NCBI GenBank assembly: GCA_963820825.1
Contig: CAWGBN010000008.1
Span: forward strand, 320,001 to 384,000
Direction: 5' to 3'
DNA length: 64,000 nt
Origin: Vulcanimicrobiota bacterium
GTDB taxonomy: Bacteria; Vulcanimicrobiota; Vulcanimicrobiia; Vulcanimicrobiales; Vulcanimicrobiaceae
Every line of letters begins with the position of its first letter. Position 1 is the stretch's first letter. Below, piece by piece: positions 10,095-22,167 of the stretch. The notes beneath the pieces are model-generated. The model made no database searches. It was not told the DNA's origin and saw nothing but the letters and a program-made list of their open reading frames with translations. The translations under genes were made by a program, and so were the position numbers.

Positions 10095-11432
10095 GTGACC
10101 AAGATTAGTGACGTTTATCAACCCCTACGCCATACGCGTTCGGTCAAATGGAAGACCGGCTCAGACGGCGAACCGTCGGAAGAGTTCGGTATGCATATTT
10201 TAGAGAAGTCGTGGGGCGCTATTGCCCCTAAACACCGGCTACAATCGGTGCCGGTGATCCTTGCCGACTTCGAGCGGATCGGAGTCACCGAGCCCGTCGC
10301 ACAAGACGAGCTCAAAACGATTCAAGCGCACTTCATGACGCTCGCGCAGTGCGCCGCGCGTGGGATCGTCGACGAGGCCGAGCGCGAGCGCCTGGCCGCA
10401 AACTTACGGGAGCGCATGGCGCGTTACGGCACCTCGTCGGAGTACATCGCGCAACGCCAAGTCAGCGTGCTTACCTCGTGCTTCGTCGAGCCCGACGCCG
10501 CCAATCCGTCGGACCTCGTGCGCCGCTACGGCGACTTGCGCGCGCCGACCGGCGAAGCGCTCGACGAGCGGATGACTCTCTACGAAGAGGTTGCCTGCGA
10601 CGTCTTCGAACGCGTCTATGCCGATTCCGAAGCGCCGCCCGACGAGATCGTGCACGTGAGCTGTTCGGGATACGTTTCGCCGAGCCCGGTTCAGACGTTC
10701 CTATCGCGGCGCGGCTGGCTCAACGTCGGCGTGACGCACTCGTACCACATGGGCTGCTACGGCGCGTTTCCGGCGATTCGCACGGCAGTCGGCCTCGTCG
10801 GATCCTCCTACGTATCGCTGCCGAAGCCGAAGCGGCGCGTCGATCTCGTTCACACCGAGTTTCTCTCGCTCCACTTCGACCTGCTCGGCGAAGAGCCCGA
10901 CAACTTCGTCACCTCGACGCTCTTCGCCGACGGCTTCATTAAGTATCGCGCCTATCCGGAGTCTGAGTTCCCGCAGGGCCGCAGCGGACTCAAGATCCTC
11001 GCGATCGACGAGCACATTCTGCCCGATTCGCTCCCCGAGATGACGCTGCGCCCGGGACCCCTGCAGTTCGACATGTCGCTCTCCAAGCGAGTTCCGTTCA
11101 TGATTCGCGACTCGATCGCCGATTTCGTTCGTTCGATCTGCGCGCAGACCGGTCTCGACTTCGAGCGCGAGAAGTCGGCGATGGTCTTTGCGATTCATCC
11201 CGGCGGTCCGGCGATTCTCAATCAGATACGCAGCCGAATCGGCATCGAGGAGTCACAGATCGCACTGAGCCGCCGCGTTCTCTACGAACACGGCAACATG
11301 GCCTCGGCGACCGCGCCGCACATCTGGCAGCATATCGTGGAATCGCCCGAGATTCCCAGCGGAGCGAAGGTCCTAAGCATGGCATTCGGACCCGGTTTAA
11401 CGGTTATCGGCGCACTCTTCGAGAAAGTGTAG
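10095..11432 (+). CDS. Type III polyketide synthase (chalcone synthase-like)
   Basis: Catalytic triad motifs HMGCYGA (Cys), IHPGG (His), GNMASAT (Asn); AFGPGLT. Start may be ATG 10191. Confidence 0.92.
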   Translation: MTKISDVYQPLRHTRSVKWKTGSDGEPSEEFGMHILEKSWGAIAPKHRLQSVPVILADFERIGVTEPVAQDELKTIQAHFMTLAQCAARGIVDEAERERLAANLRERMARYGTSSEYIAQRQVSVLTSCFVEPDAANPSDLVRRYGDLRAPTGEALDERMTLYEEVACDVFERVYADSEAPPDEIVHVSCSGYVSPSPVQTFLSRRGWLNVGVTHSYHMGCYGAFPAIRTAVGLVGSSYVSLPKPKRRVDLVHTEFLSLHFDLLGEEPDNFVTSTLFADGFIKYRAYPESEFPQGRSGLKILAIDEHILPDSLPEMTLRPGPLQFDMSLSKRVPFMIRDSIADFVRSICAQTGLDFEREKSAMVFAIHPGGPAILNQIRSRIGIEESQIALSRRVLYEHGNMASATAPHIWQHIVESPEIPSGAKVLSMAFGPGLTVIGALFEKV

Positions 11433-11503
11433 AGTCAGATGGCTACTGACGCTAAGACACCGCAGAGACATGTCTCCGTGCCTGGGCCCTTCGTACTTGG
11501 AGC

Positions 11504-12607
11504 GTGCGCACCGTACACGCCGCCGCTCCACTCTTCGTAGGCCTGGGCAATCTCGAATCGCTGATGCTCTCGCGCAGCTTGGCGACGCAACGAGTCGATC
11601 GCCCGGTTTATATCTGCGGCCTACCGCGGGCCGGCACGACGATCACGCTGCAGATGCTCAGCGAGCATCCCGACGTCGTCACGCACAAGTACGCGGACTT
11701 CCTGATGCCCTACATGCCGTGGGTCTGGAACAACGTCTTCCCGCGCATCCCGGTCGACGCGATGCGCAAACCGGTGCCGCGCATCCATCGCGACCGCATC
11801 GAGGTGACGCGCGACAGCGCCGAGATGGGCGAAGAGATTCTCTGGGAACACTTCTTCCCGTTCATCCACGACGAATCGAAGTACAGCGTCCTCGATAGCT
11901 CGACGTCGAATCCGGCCTTCGAGCGCTTCTACAGCGAGCATCTGCGCAAGCTGGCGATGGTCCGCGGACGCAGCCGCTACGTCAGCAAAGCGATTCTCTG
12001 CGTGCTGCGCATGCAGTACCTGCGCAAGATTTTCCCCGACGCGCGCTTCCTGCTCTACGTTCGCAACCCGATCGATCACGTCGCCTCGCTGATCAAGCAG
12101 GACCGCATTTGGGCCGAGCTCGAGCGCGACGACCCGCGTCAGATCGAGATCATCGAGCTCACCGGGCACCACGAGTTCGGCACGCGCCAGGTCATGGCGA
12201 ACGTCGGCAGCCCCGGGACTCTGCGCGAGATCCGCCGGCTCTTCGACGAAGGAAAGTGGGCGCAGTCCCGCGCGCGTTACTGGGCCTACGTCTACGGCTT
12301 CGTCGCCGGACAGCTCGATGCCGATCCCGAGCTCGCGCGCAGCGTCTGCATCGTCCGCTACGAAGACCTCTGCAGCGACTCGCCGACGACGATCGACCGC
12401 ATTCTGACGCACACCGGTCTCGACGCGGCGAGCTTTGCCGACGCCAAGGCCAAGTACGACGAGAAGCTCTCCTTCCCCGATTACTACAAGCCTACGTTTA
12501 CCGCCGACGTCATGGACGATATCATTGCCAGCACCTCCGATGTAGCCAAACGGTTCAACTACGACGTCGGCGCCATCGCGCAGAGAGTCGGCGTTGTCGC
12601 GTCGTGA
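11504..12607 (+). CDS. PAPS-dependent sulfotransferase
   Basis: 5'-PSB GLPRAGTT, 3'-PB VRNPIDHVAS, VRYEDL. The true start may be ATG 11439 with an indel near 11500. Confidence 0.88.
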   Translation: MRTVHAAAPLFVGLGNLESLMLSRSLATQRVDRPVYICGLPRAGTTITLQMLSEHPDVVTHKYADFLMPYMPWVWNNVFPRIPVDAMRKPVPRIHRDRIEVTRDSAEMGEEILWEHFFPFIHDESKYSVLDSSTSNPAFERFYSEHLRKLAMVRGRSRYVSKAILCVLRMQYLRKIFPDARFLLYVRNPIDHVASLIKQDRIWAELERDDPRQIEIIELTGHHEFGTRQVMANVGSPGTLREIRRLFDEGKWAQSRARYWAYVYGFVAGQLDADPELARSVCIVRYEDLCSDSPTTIDRILTHTGLDAASFADAKAKYDEKLSFPDYYKPTFTADVMDDIIASTSDVAKRFNYDVGAIAQRVGVVAS

Positions 12608-14019
12608 CGCTCCGCTCTCGCTGCGCTCTGGCGATTGCCGCTAGCGTAGCCGTAACCGCCTGCGGCGGCGGAGTAAACGGAACGCCGCCGCTCACCGAAC
12701 TCCCCGGCCGCCATCACCGCTCGGGCAGCTCGCCGATCACGCACGTGGTGCTGATCATTCAAGAGAACCGAACCTTCAATAATCTCTTCGCGGGCTTTCC
12801 CGGTGCGACCAGCTCGCTCACCGGCGAAGAGCTCGTCAAGCAAGGCAACGGATACGTCGAGCAAAAGATCAGCCTCACCAAGACCAAGCTCACCGACAAG
12901 CAGAACATCGCCCATCTCTATAAAGCCTTCTTAACCGCGTGGCAGAAAGGCGCGATGGACGGCTTCAGCCTGGTGAAGTTCACCCGCACCGGACAACCCG
13001 AAGGTAAGACACCCTATCAGTACGTCGACCCGGCACAGATCGTCCCCTATCGCACGATGGCCGCGCAGTGGGGCCTCGCCGACGAGATGTTTCAGACCCA
13101 GGGCAGCGACAGCTTTACGGCCCATCAGGATCTCATCCGCGGCGGCACGTTCATCAACAGCACCCAGAGCCTGATCGACCCGCCGACCTCACCCTACGTC
13201 TGGGGCTGCGATGCCGGACCCGGCGCGAAGACCTCGCTGATCACCACGAAACTCAAGCTCAAAGTCGATGCGGGTCCCTTCCCGTGCTCGAACGCCTTCC
13301 CCAACTACGGATCGGGCGGGTATAAGACGCTGCGCGATTTGCTCGAAGCGAAGTCGCTCTCGTGGAAGTACTACACGCCGCAGTTCGAGCACTCGCAGCC
13401 CAACGGCATGTGGGACGCCTTCGACGTGATCGCACCCGTACGGTACAGTTCGGAGTGGACGACGAACATCTCATCGCCCGAAACGAACATCCTCACCGAC
13501 ATCTCGAACGGCGATCTGCCGGCGATGTCGTGGGTAGTTCCCGACGCGGCGAACTCCGACCATCCCGGCTACGCGCGCAAGGATACCGGCCCGTCGTGGG
13601 TCGCGAGCATCGTCAACGCGATCGGAGAGAGTCAATACTGGAACTCGACGGCGGTGATCGTCGTTTGGGACGACTGGGGCGGATTCTACGATCCGGTCGC
13701 GCCTCCGAAGCAGGATAATGAAGGCGGCCCGGGCTTCCGCGTTCCGATGATCGTCGTCTCGCCGTACGTTAAGACCGGTAGCGGCAGCCAAGGCGGTTAC
13801 GTCTCGCATACGATCTACGAGTTCGGCAGCATCCTGCGCTTCGTCGAAGATACCTTCGGGCTGGGCAGATTGGGAACGACCGACTCGACCTGCACGAGCA
13901 TGGGCGACATGTTCGATCTCGGCCAATCGCCGCGCACGTTCAAACAGATCGGGTCGAAGTATTCCAAGGAGTATTTCCTTCGCGAAAAGCCGTCAAACTA
14001 TCCCGTCGACACCGAGTAA
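12604..14019 (+). CDS. Phosphoesterase/phospholipase C family lipoprotein
   Basis: GTG start overlapping the sulfotransferase stop; VTAC lipobox; [28 protein letters not shown]. Confidence 0.9.
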   Translation: MTLRSRCALAIAASVAVTACGGGVNGTPPLTELPGRHHRSGSSPITHVVLIIQENRTFNNLFAGFPGATSSLTGEELVKQGNGYVEQKISLTKTKLTDKQNIAHLYKAFLTAWQKGAMDGFSLVKFTRTGQPEGKTPYQYVDPAQIVPYRTMAAQWGLADEMFQTQGSDSFTAHQDLIRGGTFINSTQSLIDPPTSPYVWGCDAGPGAKTSLITTKLKLKVDAGPFPCSNAFPNYGSGGYKTLRDLLEAKSLSWKYYTPQFEHSQPNGMWDAFDVIAPVRYSSEWTTNISSPETNILTDISNGDLPAMSWVVPDAANSDHPGYARKDTGPSWVASIVNAIGESQYWNSTAVIVVWDDWGGFYDPVAPPKQDNEGGPGFRVPMIVVSPYVKTGSGSQGGYVSHTIYEFGSILRFVEDTFGLGRLGTTDSTCTSMGDMFDLGQSPRTFKQIGSKYSKEYFLREKPSNYPVDTE

Positions 14020-14026
14020 TAGAGTC

Positions 14027-15442
14027 ATGAACCTCGCGTACCGTTCGATGCCGATGCTGCTGTCGGCGAGTCTCGCGCTCTCCGGCTGCGCCGCCGGCGT
14101 ATCCTCCTCGATTCCGAGCATCGAGTCGCCCTTTACCGCGCCGCCGCCGTCCGCGTCGAAGATCACGCACGTCGTGCTGATGATTCAGGAGAACCGGACC
14201 TTCAACAATCTCTTCGCCGGTTTTCCGAATGCGAAGAGCTCGCTTACCGGCGAAGAGCTGGTTAAGCAAGGCGGCAAATACGTCGAGCAAAAGGTTAACC
14301 TCACCAAAGCCGACCTCACGTATAAGGGCAACCTCACCCATCTTTACGACGCATTCTTAACGGCGTGGCACAAGGGCGGGATGGACGGATTCAACCTGGT
14401 CAAGTACGTCCGCAACGGTCAGCCCGAAGGGACGGCGCCCTATCAATACGTCGATCCATCGCAGATCGGGCCGTACCGCACGCTGGCGGCGCAGTGGGGT
14501 CTTTCCGACGAGATGTTTCAGACGCAGGGCAGCGACAGCTTCACCGCCCACCAGGATCTGATTCGCGGCGACACGTTCATCAACTCGACCCAGAGTCTGA
14601 TCGATCCGCCGACTTCGCCCGACGCCTGGGGCTGCGATTCGGGACCGGGTTCGAAGACGCAAGTGATCACGACGAAACTCAAGTTCCTCCACAACGCCGG
14701 GCCCTTTCCGTGCACCAAAGACTTCCCAGGCGGCTCGAGCAGCTATCCGACGCTGCGCGACCTGCTCGATGCGAAATCGGTCTCGTGGAAGTATTATGCG
14801 CCGCCGTTCGAGCACTCGCAGCCGAACGGGCTCTGGAACGCCTTCGACATGATCGCGCCCGTTCGCTACGGCTCGGAATGGACGACGAACATCTCCTCGC
14901 CGGAGAAGAACGTGCTCTCCGACATCAAGAACGGCAACCTTCCGGCGATGTCGTGGGTGATTCCCGATGCCGCAAACTCCGACCACCCCGGATACGCGGC
15001 GCACGATACCGGTCCGTCGTGGGTTGCCTCCGTCGTCAATGCGATCGGCCAGAGCCACTACTGGAACTCGACGGCGATCATCGTCGTTTGGGACGACTGG
15101 GGCGGCTTCTACGACCCCGTGGCTCCGCCGCCGCAAGATAATCAGGGCGGCCCCGGCTTCCGCGTCGCGATGATCGTCGCCTCACCCTACGTTCGCCTCA
15201 ACGGCGCCGGCAAGGCGGGCTACGTCTCGCACACGCTCTACAGCTTTGGCAGCATCCTTCGCTTCATCGAAGACATGTTCGCGCTCGGACGCCTCGGCAC
15301 GACCGATTCGACCTCCAAGAGCATCGGTGATATGTTCAACTTCAAGCAATCGCCGCGCAAGTTTCAGAAGATCCAAACGCAGTACTCGCGCGACTTCTTC
15401 GTCCGGCAGCGACCCTCACGACTCCCCGTCGACACCGACTAG
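14027..15442 (+). CDS. Phosphoesterase/phospholipase C family lipoprotein
   Basis: LSGC lipobox; close paralog of the preceding gene (QGSDSFTAHQ). Confidence 0.9.
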   Translation: MNLAYRSMPMLLSASLALSGCAAGVSSSIPSIESPFTAPPPSASKITHVVLMIQENRTFNNLFAGFPNAKSSLTGEELVKQGGKYVEQKVNLTKADLTYKGNLTHLYDAFLTAWHKGGMDGFNLVKYVRNGQPEGTAPYQYVDPSQIGPYRTLAAQWGLSDEMFQTQGSDSFTAHQDLIRGDTFINSTQSLIDPPTSPDAWGCDSGPGSKTQVITTKLKFLHNAGPFPCTKDFPGGSSSYPTLRDLLDAKSVSWKYYAPPFEHSQPNGLWNAFDMIAPVRYGSEWTTNISSPEKNVLSDIKNGNLPAMSWVIPDAANSDHPGYAAHDTGPSWVASVVNAIGQSHYWNSTAIIVVWDDWGGFYDPVAPPPQDNQGGPGFRVAMIVASPYVRLNGAGKAGYVSHTLYSFGSILRFIEDMFALGRLGTTDSTSKSIGDMFNFKQSPRKFQKIQTQYSRDFFVRQRPSRLPVDTD

Positions 15443-15461
15443 CGGGGCGCCGCTGCGGCGG

Positions 15462-16799
15462 CTAATCTGCGTCGGGGATGCGATCGTCGAGCGGCTGGTT
15501 GATGAAGAACTGCGCGTCGTGCGGCGCTTTGATCGGCACGAACTTGCGCGGCTTCTGGGTAAAATCGAGGCAGTCTGGTGCGGGCGATCTCGCGCGCTTG
15601 TCGGCGGCTGAGAGCGAAGGGAGCCCGAAGAGGTCTTCAGCGAATCGCAGTACGCTTGCGGTCTCGTACTGCTTGTGCGAAACGAAATCTTTCTTTGCAT
15701 AGGGCGAGATGACGATCAGTGGAACGCGGAAGCCGAGCCCGTCGTAATCCCTAAACGGCGGCGGCACGGGATCGTAGAGACCCCCCCAATCGTCCCACTG
15801 CACGAAGATCACCGTCGAGTCCCAAAACTTGCTCTTCCCGACCGCGTTGACTACCGACGCGACCCACGACGGACCATAGCCGCCGCCGCAATCGAGATGG
15901 TCGGAGTCGGGACAGAGCGGCGTTACCCACGTGAAGGCCGAGAGCTTGCCGGCGGCGACGTCTTTCAGGAACCGGTGCTGCGGCGTGATGATATTCTTCT
16001 TCCAATCCGGGCCGTGGAAGATGTGCTTCACCGCCTGATACCCCGACCAGAGGCCGCTATACGGTTTATTGTACTTGCTCGTGTAGAAGCGCCAGCTCAA
16101 TCCCGCGCCGTCGAGCTCGTCACCGAGCGTGGTGTAGTCGAAGCACGGCGCCTGGGGCTTGCCGTAGGTTCGCTTCATCGTGATCGTCGGTTCGGGGTCG
16201 CCTTTGCCGCCTTCGCAACCCCACCAGCCGCCGGGCACGTCGACGCTCGACTGCGCTTGGGCGGCGATGATGTACTGATGCGCGACGAAGCTCTCGTCGA
16301 GCTGCGATTGGAACATCTTGTCGGCGAGCACCCACTCGTGCGCCATGTCCCAATACGGCTTCGACTCCGAGTGCGGAACGTAAGCGTATTGGGCATCACC
16401 GCCGCCGCCGACGGAGCCCTCCTTGTCGAAACCGTTCATCCGGCATTTCGTTCCGGGAAGCGAGCCGGTTCCGTTGCAGGCAAGAAACATCGCCTCCGCG
16501 CCGTGCGCGATCTCGTAGGTCTTGGTCAGGCTCACCGGACGCAGCGCAATGGTCTTGCCGCGCGAGTCCTTCCCGCTCGAGACCGTATACGCGTTGGGAT
16601 AACCTTCGAACATATCGTTGAAGCTGCGATTCTCCTGGACGACCCAGACGACGTGCTGGATCTTTCCGGCGCCCGTGCCGTTGAGCGTTTCGATGGCCGC
16701 ATCGCCACGCATATAGGGCAGCGCCCCACCGCTGTTACCGCCGTAAGCGCACGCGGTGAGCGCCAGCGCCGTCGTAACTGCAAAGATTCGTTTACTCAT
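15462..16799 (-). CDS. Phosphoesterase/phospholipase C family lipoprotein
   Basis: LTAC lipobox; [27 protein letters not shown]. Confidence 0.9.
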   Translation of the reverse strand: MSKRIFAVTTALALTACAYGGNSGGALPYMRGDAAIETLNGTGAGKIQHVVWVVQENRSFNDMFEGYPNAYTVSSGKDSRGKTIALRPVSLTKTYEIAHGAEAMFLACNGTGSLPGTKCRMNGFDKEGSVGGGGDAQYAYVPHSESKPYWDMAHEWVLADKMFQSQLDESFVAHQYIIAAQAQSSVDVPGGWWGCEGGKGDPEPTITMKRTYGKPQAPCFDYTTLGDELDGAGLSWRFYTSKYNKPYSGLWSGYQAVKHIFHGPDWKKNIITPQHRFLKDVAAGKLSAFTWVTPLCPDSDHLDCGGGYGPSWVASVVNAVGKSKFWDSTVIFVQWDDWGGLYDPVPPPFRDYDGLGFRVPLIVISPYAKKDFVSHKQYETASVLRFAEDLFGLPSLSAADKRARSPAPDCLDFTQKPRKFVPIKAPHDAQFFINQPLDDRIPDAD

Positions 16800-18141
16800 A
16801 ATCGGGTGCGAAGTAATCGTCGGGGAACTGCTTCATAAAGAACTTCGGCGGATGCGAGGCGTAGATTTTGACGAACGGCCGCGGCTTCTGCGAGAAATCG
16901 AAGGCATCTTTGCCGGGTGCGTTCGCGCGCGCGTCGGCGTGGGAAAGTTGCTTCAACCCGAAGAGGTTCTCGGCGAAGCGTAAGACGCTCGCCGTCTCGT
17001 ATTGGACGTGGGTGACGTGGTCCGCCCGGGCGTACGGCGAGATGATCAGCAGCGGAACGCGGAAGCCCAGGCCGTCGCGCCCTTCGTACGGCGGTGGAAC
17101 GTGGTCGTAGAGTCCGCCCCAATCATCCCACTGCACGAAGATGACCGTCGAGTCCCAAAACTTACTCTTTCCGACCGTGTTGACCAGCGCCGCGACCCAC
17201 GACGGTCCGAAGGTTCCGGGGCAGTTCACGTGATCGGAATCGTCGCAGACCGGCGTCACCCAGGTGAAATTTGCAAGCTCGCCGTTACGAACGTCGGTAA
17301 TGAACTTCCAGTTGGGCGAGATGACGTTCTTCCAGTCCGGACCGTAACGAATGTGCTTGACGGCCTCGAAGCTCGACCACTCCGCTCCGCCGTCGCTCTG
17401 GCCGCTCCCGTACTTGGCCGAGTAGAAACGCCAAGTGAGCTTCGCGCTGTCGAGTTCGTCGGCGAGCGTCTCGTAGTCGAAGCAGGGATGGCTCGAACGC
17501 ATGTCGATCGTTCGCTGCGCAGTGATGGTGTCGAGCGTATCGTACTTCCCGCCGCCGCAGCCCCAGCGGCCGTTCGGCAGATCGACGGAATAGTCGGCCT
17601 GCGCCGCAATAATATACTGATGTGCGACGAAGCTCTCGTCGAGCTGCGATTGGAACATCTTGTCGGCGAGCACCCACTCGTGCGCCATGTCCCAGTACGG
17701 CTTCACTTGTTTGTAGGGAGCGTAAACATACTCGCGATTCTTCGGTCCGCCGAAGCCCCACTCGTTGTCGAAGCCGTTCATCTGACAGTCGGTACCGGGA
17801 AGCTTTCCCGTTCCGTTGCACGCCGCGAACATCGCCGTCACAGAGTGGTCGATCTCAAACGGGTGGCCGAGCGGATAGGGCCGCAGCTTGATGACGTGCC
17901 CTTTCGAATCCTTGCCGCTCGAAACGGTGTCGGCGTTCGGATAGCCTTGGAAGAGGTTGTCGAAGCTGCGGTTCTCCTGGACGATGTAGACGATGTGCTG
18001 GATCTTTCCGGCACCCGTATCGTTGAGCGCGCCCAGCGCTGCGTCGCCGCGCATGTACGGCAAGGCCCCGCCGGCGGTGGAGGATGAAGCACAGCCGGCG
18101 AGCATCAGAGCCGCCGCGATAAAGACGATATATTTATTCAT
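16792..18141 (-). CDS. Phosphoesterase/phospholipase C family lipoprotein
   Basis: LAGC lipobox; [27 protein letters not shown]. Confidence 0.9.
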   Translation of the reverse strand: MNKYIVFIAAALMLAGCASSSTAGGALPYMRGDAALGALNDTGAGKIQHIVYIVQENRSFDNLFQGYPNADTVSSGKDSKGHVIKLRPYPLGHPFEIDHSVTAMFAACNGTGKLPGTDCQMNGFDNEWGFGGPKNREYVYAPYKQVKPYWDMAHEWVLADKMFQSQLDESFVAHQYIIAAQADYSVDLPNGRWGCGGGKYDTLDTITAQRTIDMRSSHPCFDYETLADELDSAKLTWRFYSAKYGSGQSDGGAEWSSFEAVKHIRYGPDWKNVISPNWKFITDVRNGELANFTWVTPVCDDSDHVNCPGTFGPSWVAALVNTVGKSKFWDSTVIFVQWDDWGGLYDHVPPPYEGRDGLGFRVPLLIISPYARADHVTHVQYETASVLRFAENLFGLKQLSHADARANAPGKDAFDFSQKPRPFVKIYASHPPKFFMKQFPDDYFAPDYE

Positions 18142-19501
18142 AATCCGGTATCATGTCGTCGTTAGGGAGTTGGTGCATGAAGAATCTCGGCGGTTTCGGC
18201 GCCGCAATCTTCACGAACGGGAGCGGTTTTTGGCGAAAGTCGAAGCACTCACGCGCCGGCGAGTTTGCACGCGCGTCGGCCGCCGCGAGCTGCCCCAAGT
18301 CCCACAGGTTCTCGGCGAAGCGCAGCACGCTTGCCGTCTCGTACTGTTGGTGCGCGACGGTGCCGCGCCGCGCGTACGGTGAGACGACGATCAGCGGGAC
18401 TCGGAATCCGAGCCCGTCGTAATCTTCGTATGGCGGCGGAACGTGATCGTACATTCCGCCCCAATCGTCCCAGGTCACGAAGATCGCCGTCGACTTCCAG
18501 AACTTGCTTTCGCCGACGGTATTGACGAGCGCGGCGACCCACGAAGGCCCGTACCCGCCGCCGCAGTTCGAATGATCGGAGTCGGCGCAGACCGGCGTGA
18601 TCCAGGTGAAGTTTGCAAGCTCGCCGTTGCGTACGTCGGTGATGAACTTCCAGTTCGGCGAGACGACGTTCTTCCAGTCGGGACCGTACCGGATGTGCCG
18701 GACGGCTTGGAAACTCGACCAGAGACTCGCATTGCCGCTCGACGGGCTACCGTATCGCGACGCGTAAAACCGCCAGGAGAGTTTTGCCGCGTCGAGCTCG
18801 TCCGCGAGCGTCTGATAGTTGTAGCACGGATGAATGAGCTGTCCGTACGTCATCCGGTTCTTGGTAATCGTGAAGATGACGTTCTGCTTTCCACCGCCGC
18901 AGCCCCAGAAGCCGCGCGGCAGATTGACGCTCGCGGCCGCCTGGGCGGCGATAACGTATTGATGCGCGACGAAACTCTCGTCTAGCTGCGACTGAAACAT
19001 CCGGTCGGCGACCACTCCTTCGCGCGCCATGTCCCAGTACGGCTGTGAGTCCTTGCGCGGGACGTAGACGTACTGGTCGTGCGTCGGACCTCCGAACGAC
19101 GTCTCTTTATCGAAGCCGTCCATGAGACAGTCGATTCCCGGCAGTACCTGCTTGCCGTCGCACGCGCGAAACATCGCCGTGGTCGAATGATCGACCTGGT
19201 ACTGCAAGGCGAGACTCGCGGGCCGAAGCCGGATCGTCTCTCCCGCGGAGTCCTTGCCTTTCGTTACCGTATCGGCCCCGGGATACCCCATGAAGAGGTT
19301 GTCGAAACTGCGATTCTCCTGCACGATGAAGATGACGTGCGAAATCTTTCCCGCGCCGGTCTCGCCGAGCGCGCGCATTGCCGCGCCGCTTCGCATTCTG
19401 TCATCCTGAGCGGAGCGACCGGAGGGAGCGAAGTCGAAGGACTGCCGTACGCAGCCGGCGAGCATCAAACCCGCCGCGATAAAAACGATCCGCTTACTCA
19501 T
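18134..19501 (-). CDS. Phosphoesterase/phospholipase C family lipoprotein
   Basis: Start at MSKRIVF (19501), LAGC lipobox; family motifs; REP-like insert in the linker. Confidence 0.9.
   Translation of the reverse strand: MSKRIVFIAAGLMLAGCVRQSFDFAPSGRSAQDDRMRSGAAMRALGETGAGKISHVIFIVQENRSFDNLFMGYPGADTVTKGKDSAGETIRLRPASLALQYQVDHSTTAMFRACDGKQVLPGIDCLMDGFDKETSFGGPTHDQYVYVPRKDSQPYWDMAREGVVADRMFQSQLDESFVAHQYVIAAQAAASVNLPRGFWGCGGGKQNVIFTITKNRMTYGQLIHPCYNYQTLADELDAAKLSWRFYASRYGSPSSGNASLWSSFQAVRHIRYGPDWKNVVSPNWKFITDVRNGELANFTWITPVCADSDHSNCGGGYGPSWVAALVNTVGESKFWKSTAIFVTWDDWGGMYDHVPPPYEDYDGLGFRVPLIVVSPYARRGTVAHQQYETASVLRFAENLWDLGQLAAADARANSPARECFDFRQKPLPFVKIAAPKPPRFFMHQLPNDDMIPDYE
19399..19442. repeat. 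REP-like palindromic element inside CDS
   Basis: TGTCATCCTGAGCGGAGCG...GAAGTCGAAGGA. Confidence 0.75.
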
Positions 19502-20837
19502 AATCCGGTGCGAAGTAGTCGTCGGGGAGTTGCTGCATAAAGAACTTCGGGGGCAGCGGCGCCGCGATCTTAACGAACGGGCGCGGTTTCTGGGTGAAAT
19601 CGAAGCAGTCTTTGGCCGGCGAGGCCGCGCGCCGGTCGGCCGCCGCGAGCTGATCGAGCCCGAAGACGTCTTCGGCGAAGCGCAGCACGCTTGCCGTCTC
19701 GTACTGGACGTGCGAAACGTGACCGTGCTTTGCGTAGGGTGAGATGACGAGCAGCGGAACGCGGAAGCCGAGGCCGTCGCGACCGACGTACGGCGGCGCA
19801 ACGTGATCGTAGAGGCCGCCCCAGTCGTCCCAAATCACGAAGATCGCGGTCGAGTCCCAGAACTTGCTCTTGCCGACGGTGTTGACCAGCGCCGCGACCC
19901 ACGACGGACCGTACCCGCCGTAGCAGGCGACGTGATCGGAATCGTCACAGACCGGCGTGATCCAGGTGAAGTTCGCGAGCTCGCCGTTGCGAACGTCGGT
20001 GATGAACTTCCAGTTCGGCGAGATGACGTCTTTCTTCCAGTCGGGGCCGTAACGGATGTGGCGGACGGCTTGATAGCTGGAATACGCGGAGCTCTGTCCG
20101 CTCTGTTTGCTCCCGAACTTCGCGGCATAGAAGCGCCAGGTAAGCTTCGCTTTGTCGAGCTCGTCGCCGAGCGTTTGATAATCGAAGCAGGGCGCGATCT
20201 TGGGACCGTGGGTGTCGCGGTCTTTGGTGATCGTCGCGACCGTATCTCGCTTGCCGCCGGTGCAGCCCCAGTCGTAGGTTGGGAGATCGACGCTCCAGGC
20301 CGCCTGCGCCGCGATGATGTACTGATGCGCGACGAAACTCTCGTCGAGCTGCGACTGAAACGTCTGGTCGGAAACGACCCACTCGCCGGCCATGTCCCAA
20401 TACGGCTTCGAATCGCGGTGCGGCACGTAGACGTAGGCCGGATTCGTCGGGCCGCCCGAATCTTGCTCGTTGTTGAAGCCGTCCATCCGGCAGTCGGTTC
20501 CCGGCAGCTTCCCGGTTCCGTCGCATGCCGCAAACATCGCCGCCGACGAGTGATCGATGTCGTAAGGAAAGCCTTTGAGATGATAGGGAATCAGCTTGAT
20601 CGTCTTACCGTAGGAATCTTTGCCGCTGGGGACCGTATCGGCGTGCGGATAGCCCTGGAAGAGATTGTCGAAGCTGCGGTTCTCTTGCACGATAAAGACG
20701 ACGTGCTCGATCTTTCCCGCACCCGTCTCGTTGAGCGCTTGCAGCGCCGTCCCCGCACGCATGTACGGCAATGCGCCGGCATGCGAACACGCAGCGAGCG
20801 CGAGGGCAAGCCCCGCGCAGGCCAAGCGCTTATTCAT
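19494..20837 (-). CDS. Phosphoesterase/phospholipase C family lipoprotein
   Basis: LAAC lipobox; [27 protein letters not shown]. Confidence 0.9.
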   Translation of the reverse strand: MNKRLACAGLALALAACSHAGALPYMRAGTALQALNETGAGKIEHVVFIVQENRSFDNLFQGYPHADTVPSGKDSYGKTIKLIPYHLKGFPYDIDHSSAAMFAACDGTGKLPGTDCRMDGFNNEQDSGGPTNPAYVYVPHRDSKPYWDMAGEWVVSDQTFQSQLDESFVAHQYIIAAQAAWSVDLPTYDWGCTGGKRDTVATITKDRDTHGPKIAPCFDYQTLGDELDKAKLTWRFYAAKFGSKQSGQSSAYSSYQAVRHIRYGPDWKKDVISPNWKFITDVRNGELANFTWITPVCDDSDHVACYGGYGPSWVAALVNTVGKSKFWDSTAIFVIWDDWGGLYDHVAPPYVGRDGLGFRVPLLVISPYAKHGHVSHVQYETASVLRFAEDVFGLDQLAAADRRAASPAKDCFDFTQKPRPFVKIAAPLPPKFFMQQLPDDYFAPDYE

Positions 20838-22167
20838 AATCGGGTATCTGGTATTCGCCGGACCCGTGCATGAAGAAACTCGGCGGCTTCGGCGCCGCGA
20901 TCTTCACGAAAGGCCGCGGTTTCTGCGCGAAATTGAAGCAGTCTTTAGCCGGCGACTTCGCCCGCCCGTCGGCCGCGGCCATCTGGGGTAAGCCGAAGAG
21001 ATCCTCGGCGAAGCGCAGCACGCTGGCCGTTTCATAATGGATGTGCGAGACGTGCCCGTGCTTGGCGTAGGGAGATATCACGAGCAGCGGAACGCGAAAA
21101 CCGAGGCTGTCGCGGTCGAGATAGGCGGGGGCGACGTGGTCGTAGAGACCGCCCCAATCGTCCCACTGCACGAAGATTGCGGTCGAATCCCAGAACTTGC
21201 TCGCGCCGACGGTATTGACCAGGGCCGCGACCCACGACGGGCCGTAGCCGCCGCCGCAGTTGGTATGGTCGGAGTCGCTGCAGACCGGCGTGATCCAGGT
21301 GAAGTTCGCGAGTTCTCCCTTACGGACGTCGGTGATGAACTTCCAGTTCGGCGAGATGACGTCTTTCTTCCAGTCGGGACCGTAGCGAATGTGCTCGATC
21401 GCGTCGTAGCTCGACCATTCGGCGCCTTGTCCGCTCGAGCGACTGCCGAATTTGCTCGCATAGAAGCGCCACGTGAGCTTTGCCTTGTCGAGCTCGTCGC
21501 CCAGCGTATCGTAGTCGTAGCAGGGCGCGATCTTCGGGCCGAGCGGACTGCGGTCTTTGGTAATCGTTCGAACGTAATCGTAACCTTTGCCGTCGCAGCC
21601 CCACATTCCGAGGGGAATGTTGACGCTCCAGGCGGCTTGCGCGGCGATGATGTATTGGTGCGCGACGAAGCTCTCATCGAGCTGCGATTGGAACATGCGA
21701 TCCGCCAGCACCCATTCGCCGGCCATGTCGAAGTACGGTTTCGACTCCTTATGCGGGACGTACACGTACTGTCCGTTGAGAGGGCCGCCGTAGTTCTTCT
21801 CGTTATTGAAGCCGTCCATTTTGCAGTCGGTTCCGGGAAGTTTTCCGGTGCCGTCGCAGGCAGCGAACATCGCCGTCGTCGAGTGATCGATATCGTATTT
21901 CTGGCGCAGGCTCATCGCCCGCAGCTTGATCGTCTTGCCGTCGGACATCTTCCCCGTCGAAACGGTATCGGCGCCCGGATATCCGTGGAAGAGATCGTCG
22001 AAGCTGCGGTTCTCCTGGACGATGAAGACCACGTGCGAGATTTTGCCGGCTCCGGTCTCGCCGAGCGCAGTAAGGGGCGCCTCGCCGCGCATATACGGCA
22101 GCGACGACTGGGCCGCGGAACAGCTCGCGAGCGCAATCGCCGCAGCGACCGTCGTAAATCGTTTCAT
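20830..22167 (-). CDS. Phosphoesterase/phospholipase C family lipoprotein
   Basis: LASC lipobox; family motifs. Confidence 0.9.
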   Translation of the reverse strand: MKRFTTVAAAIALASCSAAQSSLPYMRGEAPLTALGETGAGKISHVVFIVQENRSFDDLFHGYPGADTVSTGKMSDGKTIKLRAMSLRQKYDIDHSTTAMFAACDGTGKLPGTDCKMDGFNNEKNYGGPLNGQYVYVPHKESKPYFDMAGEWVLADRMFQSQLDESFVAHQYIIAAQAAWSVNIPLGMWGCDGKGYDYVRTITKDRSPLGPKIAPCYDYDTLGDELDKAKLTWRFYASKFGSRSSGQGAEWSSYDAIEHIRYGPDWKKDVISPNWKFITDVRKGELANFTWITPVCSDSDHTNCGGGYGPSWVAALVNTVGASKFWDSTAIFVQWDDWGGLYDHVAPAYLDRDSLGFRVPLLVISPYAKHGHVSHIHYETASVLRFAEDLFGLPQMAAADGRAKSPAKDCFNFAQKPRPFVKIAAPKPPSFFMHGSGEYQIPDYE

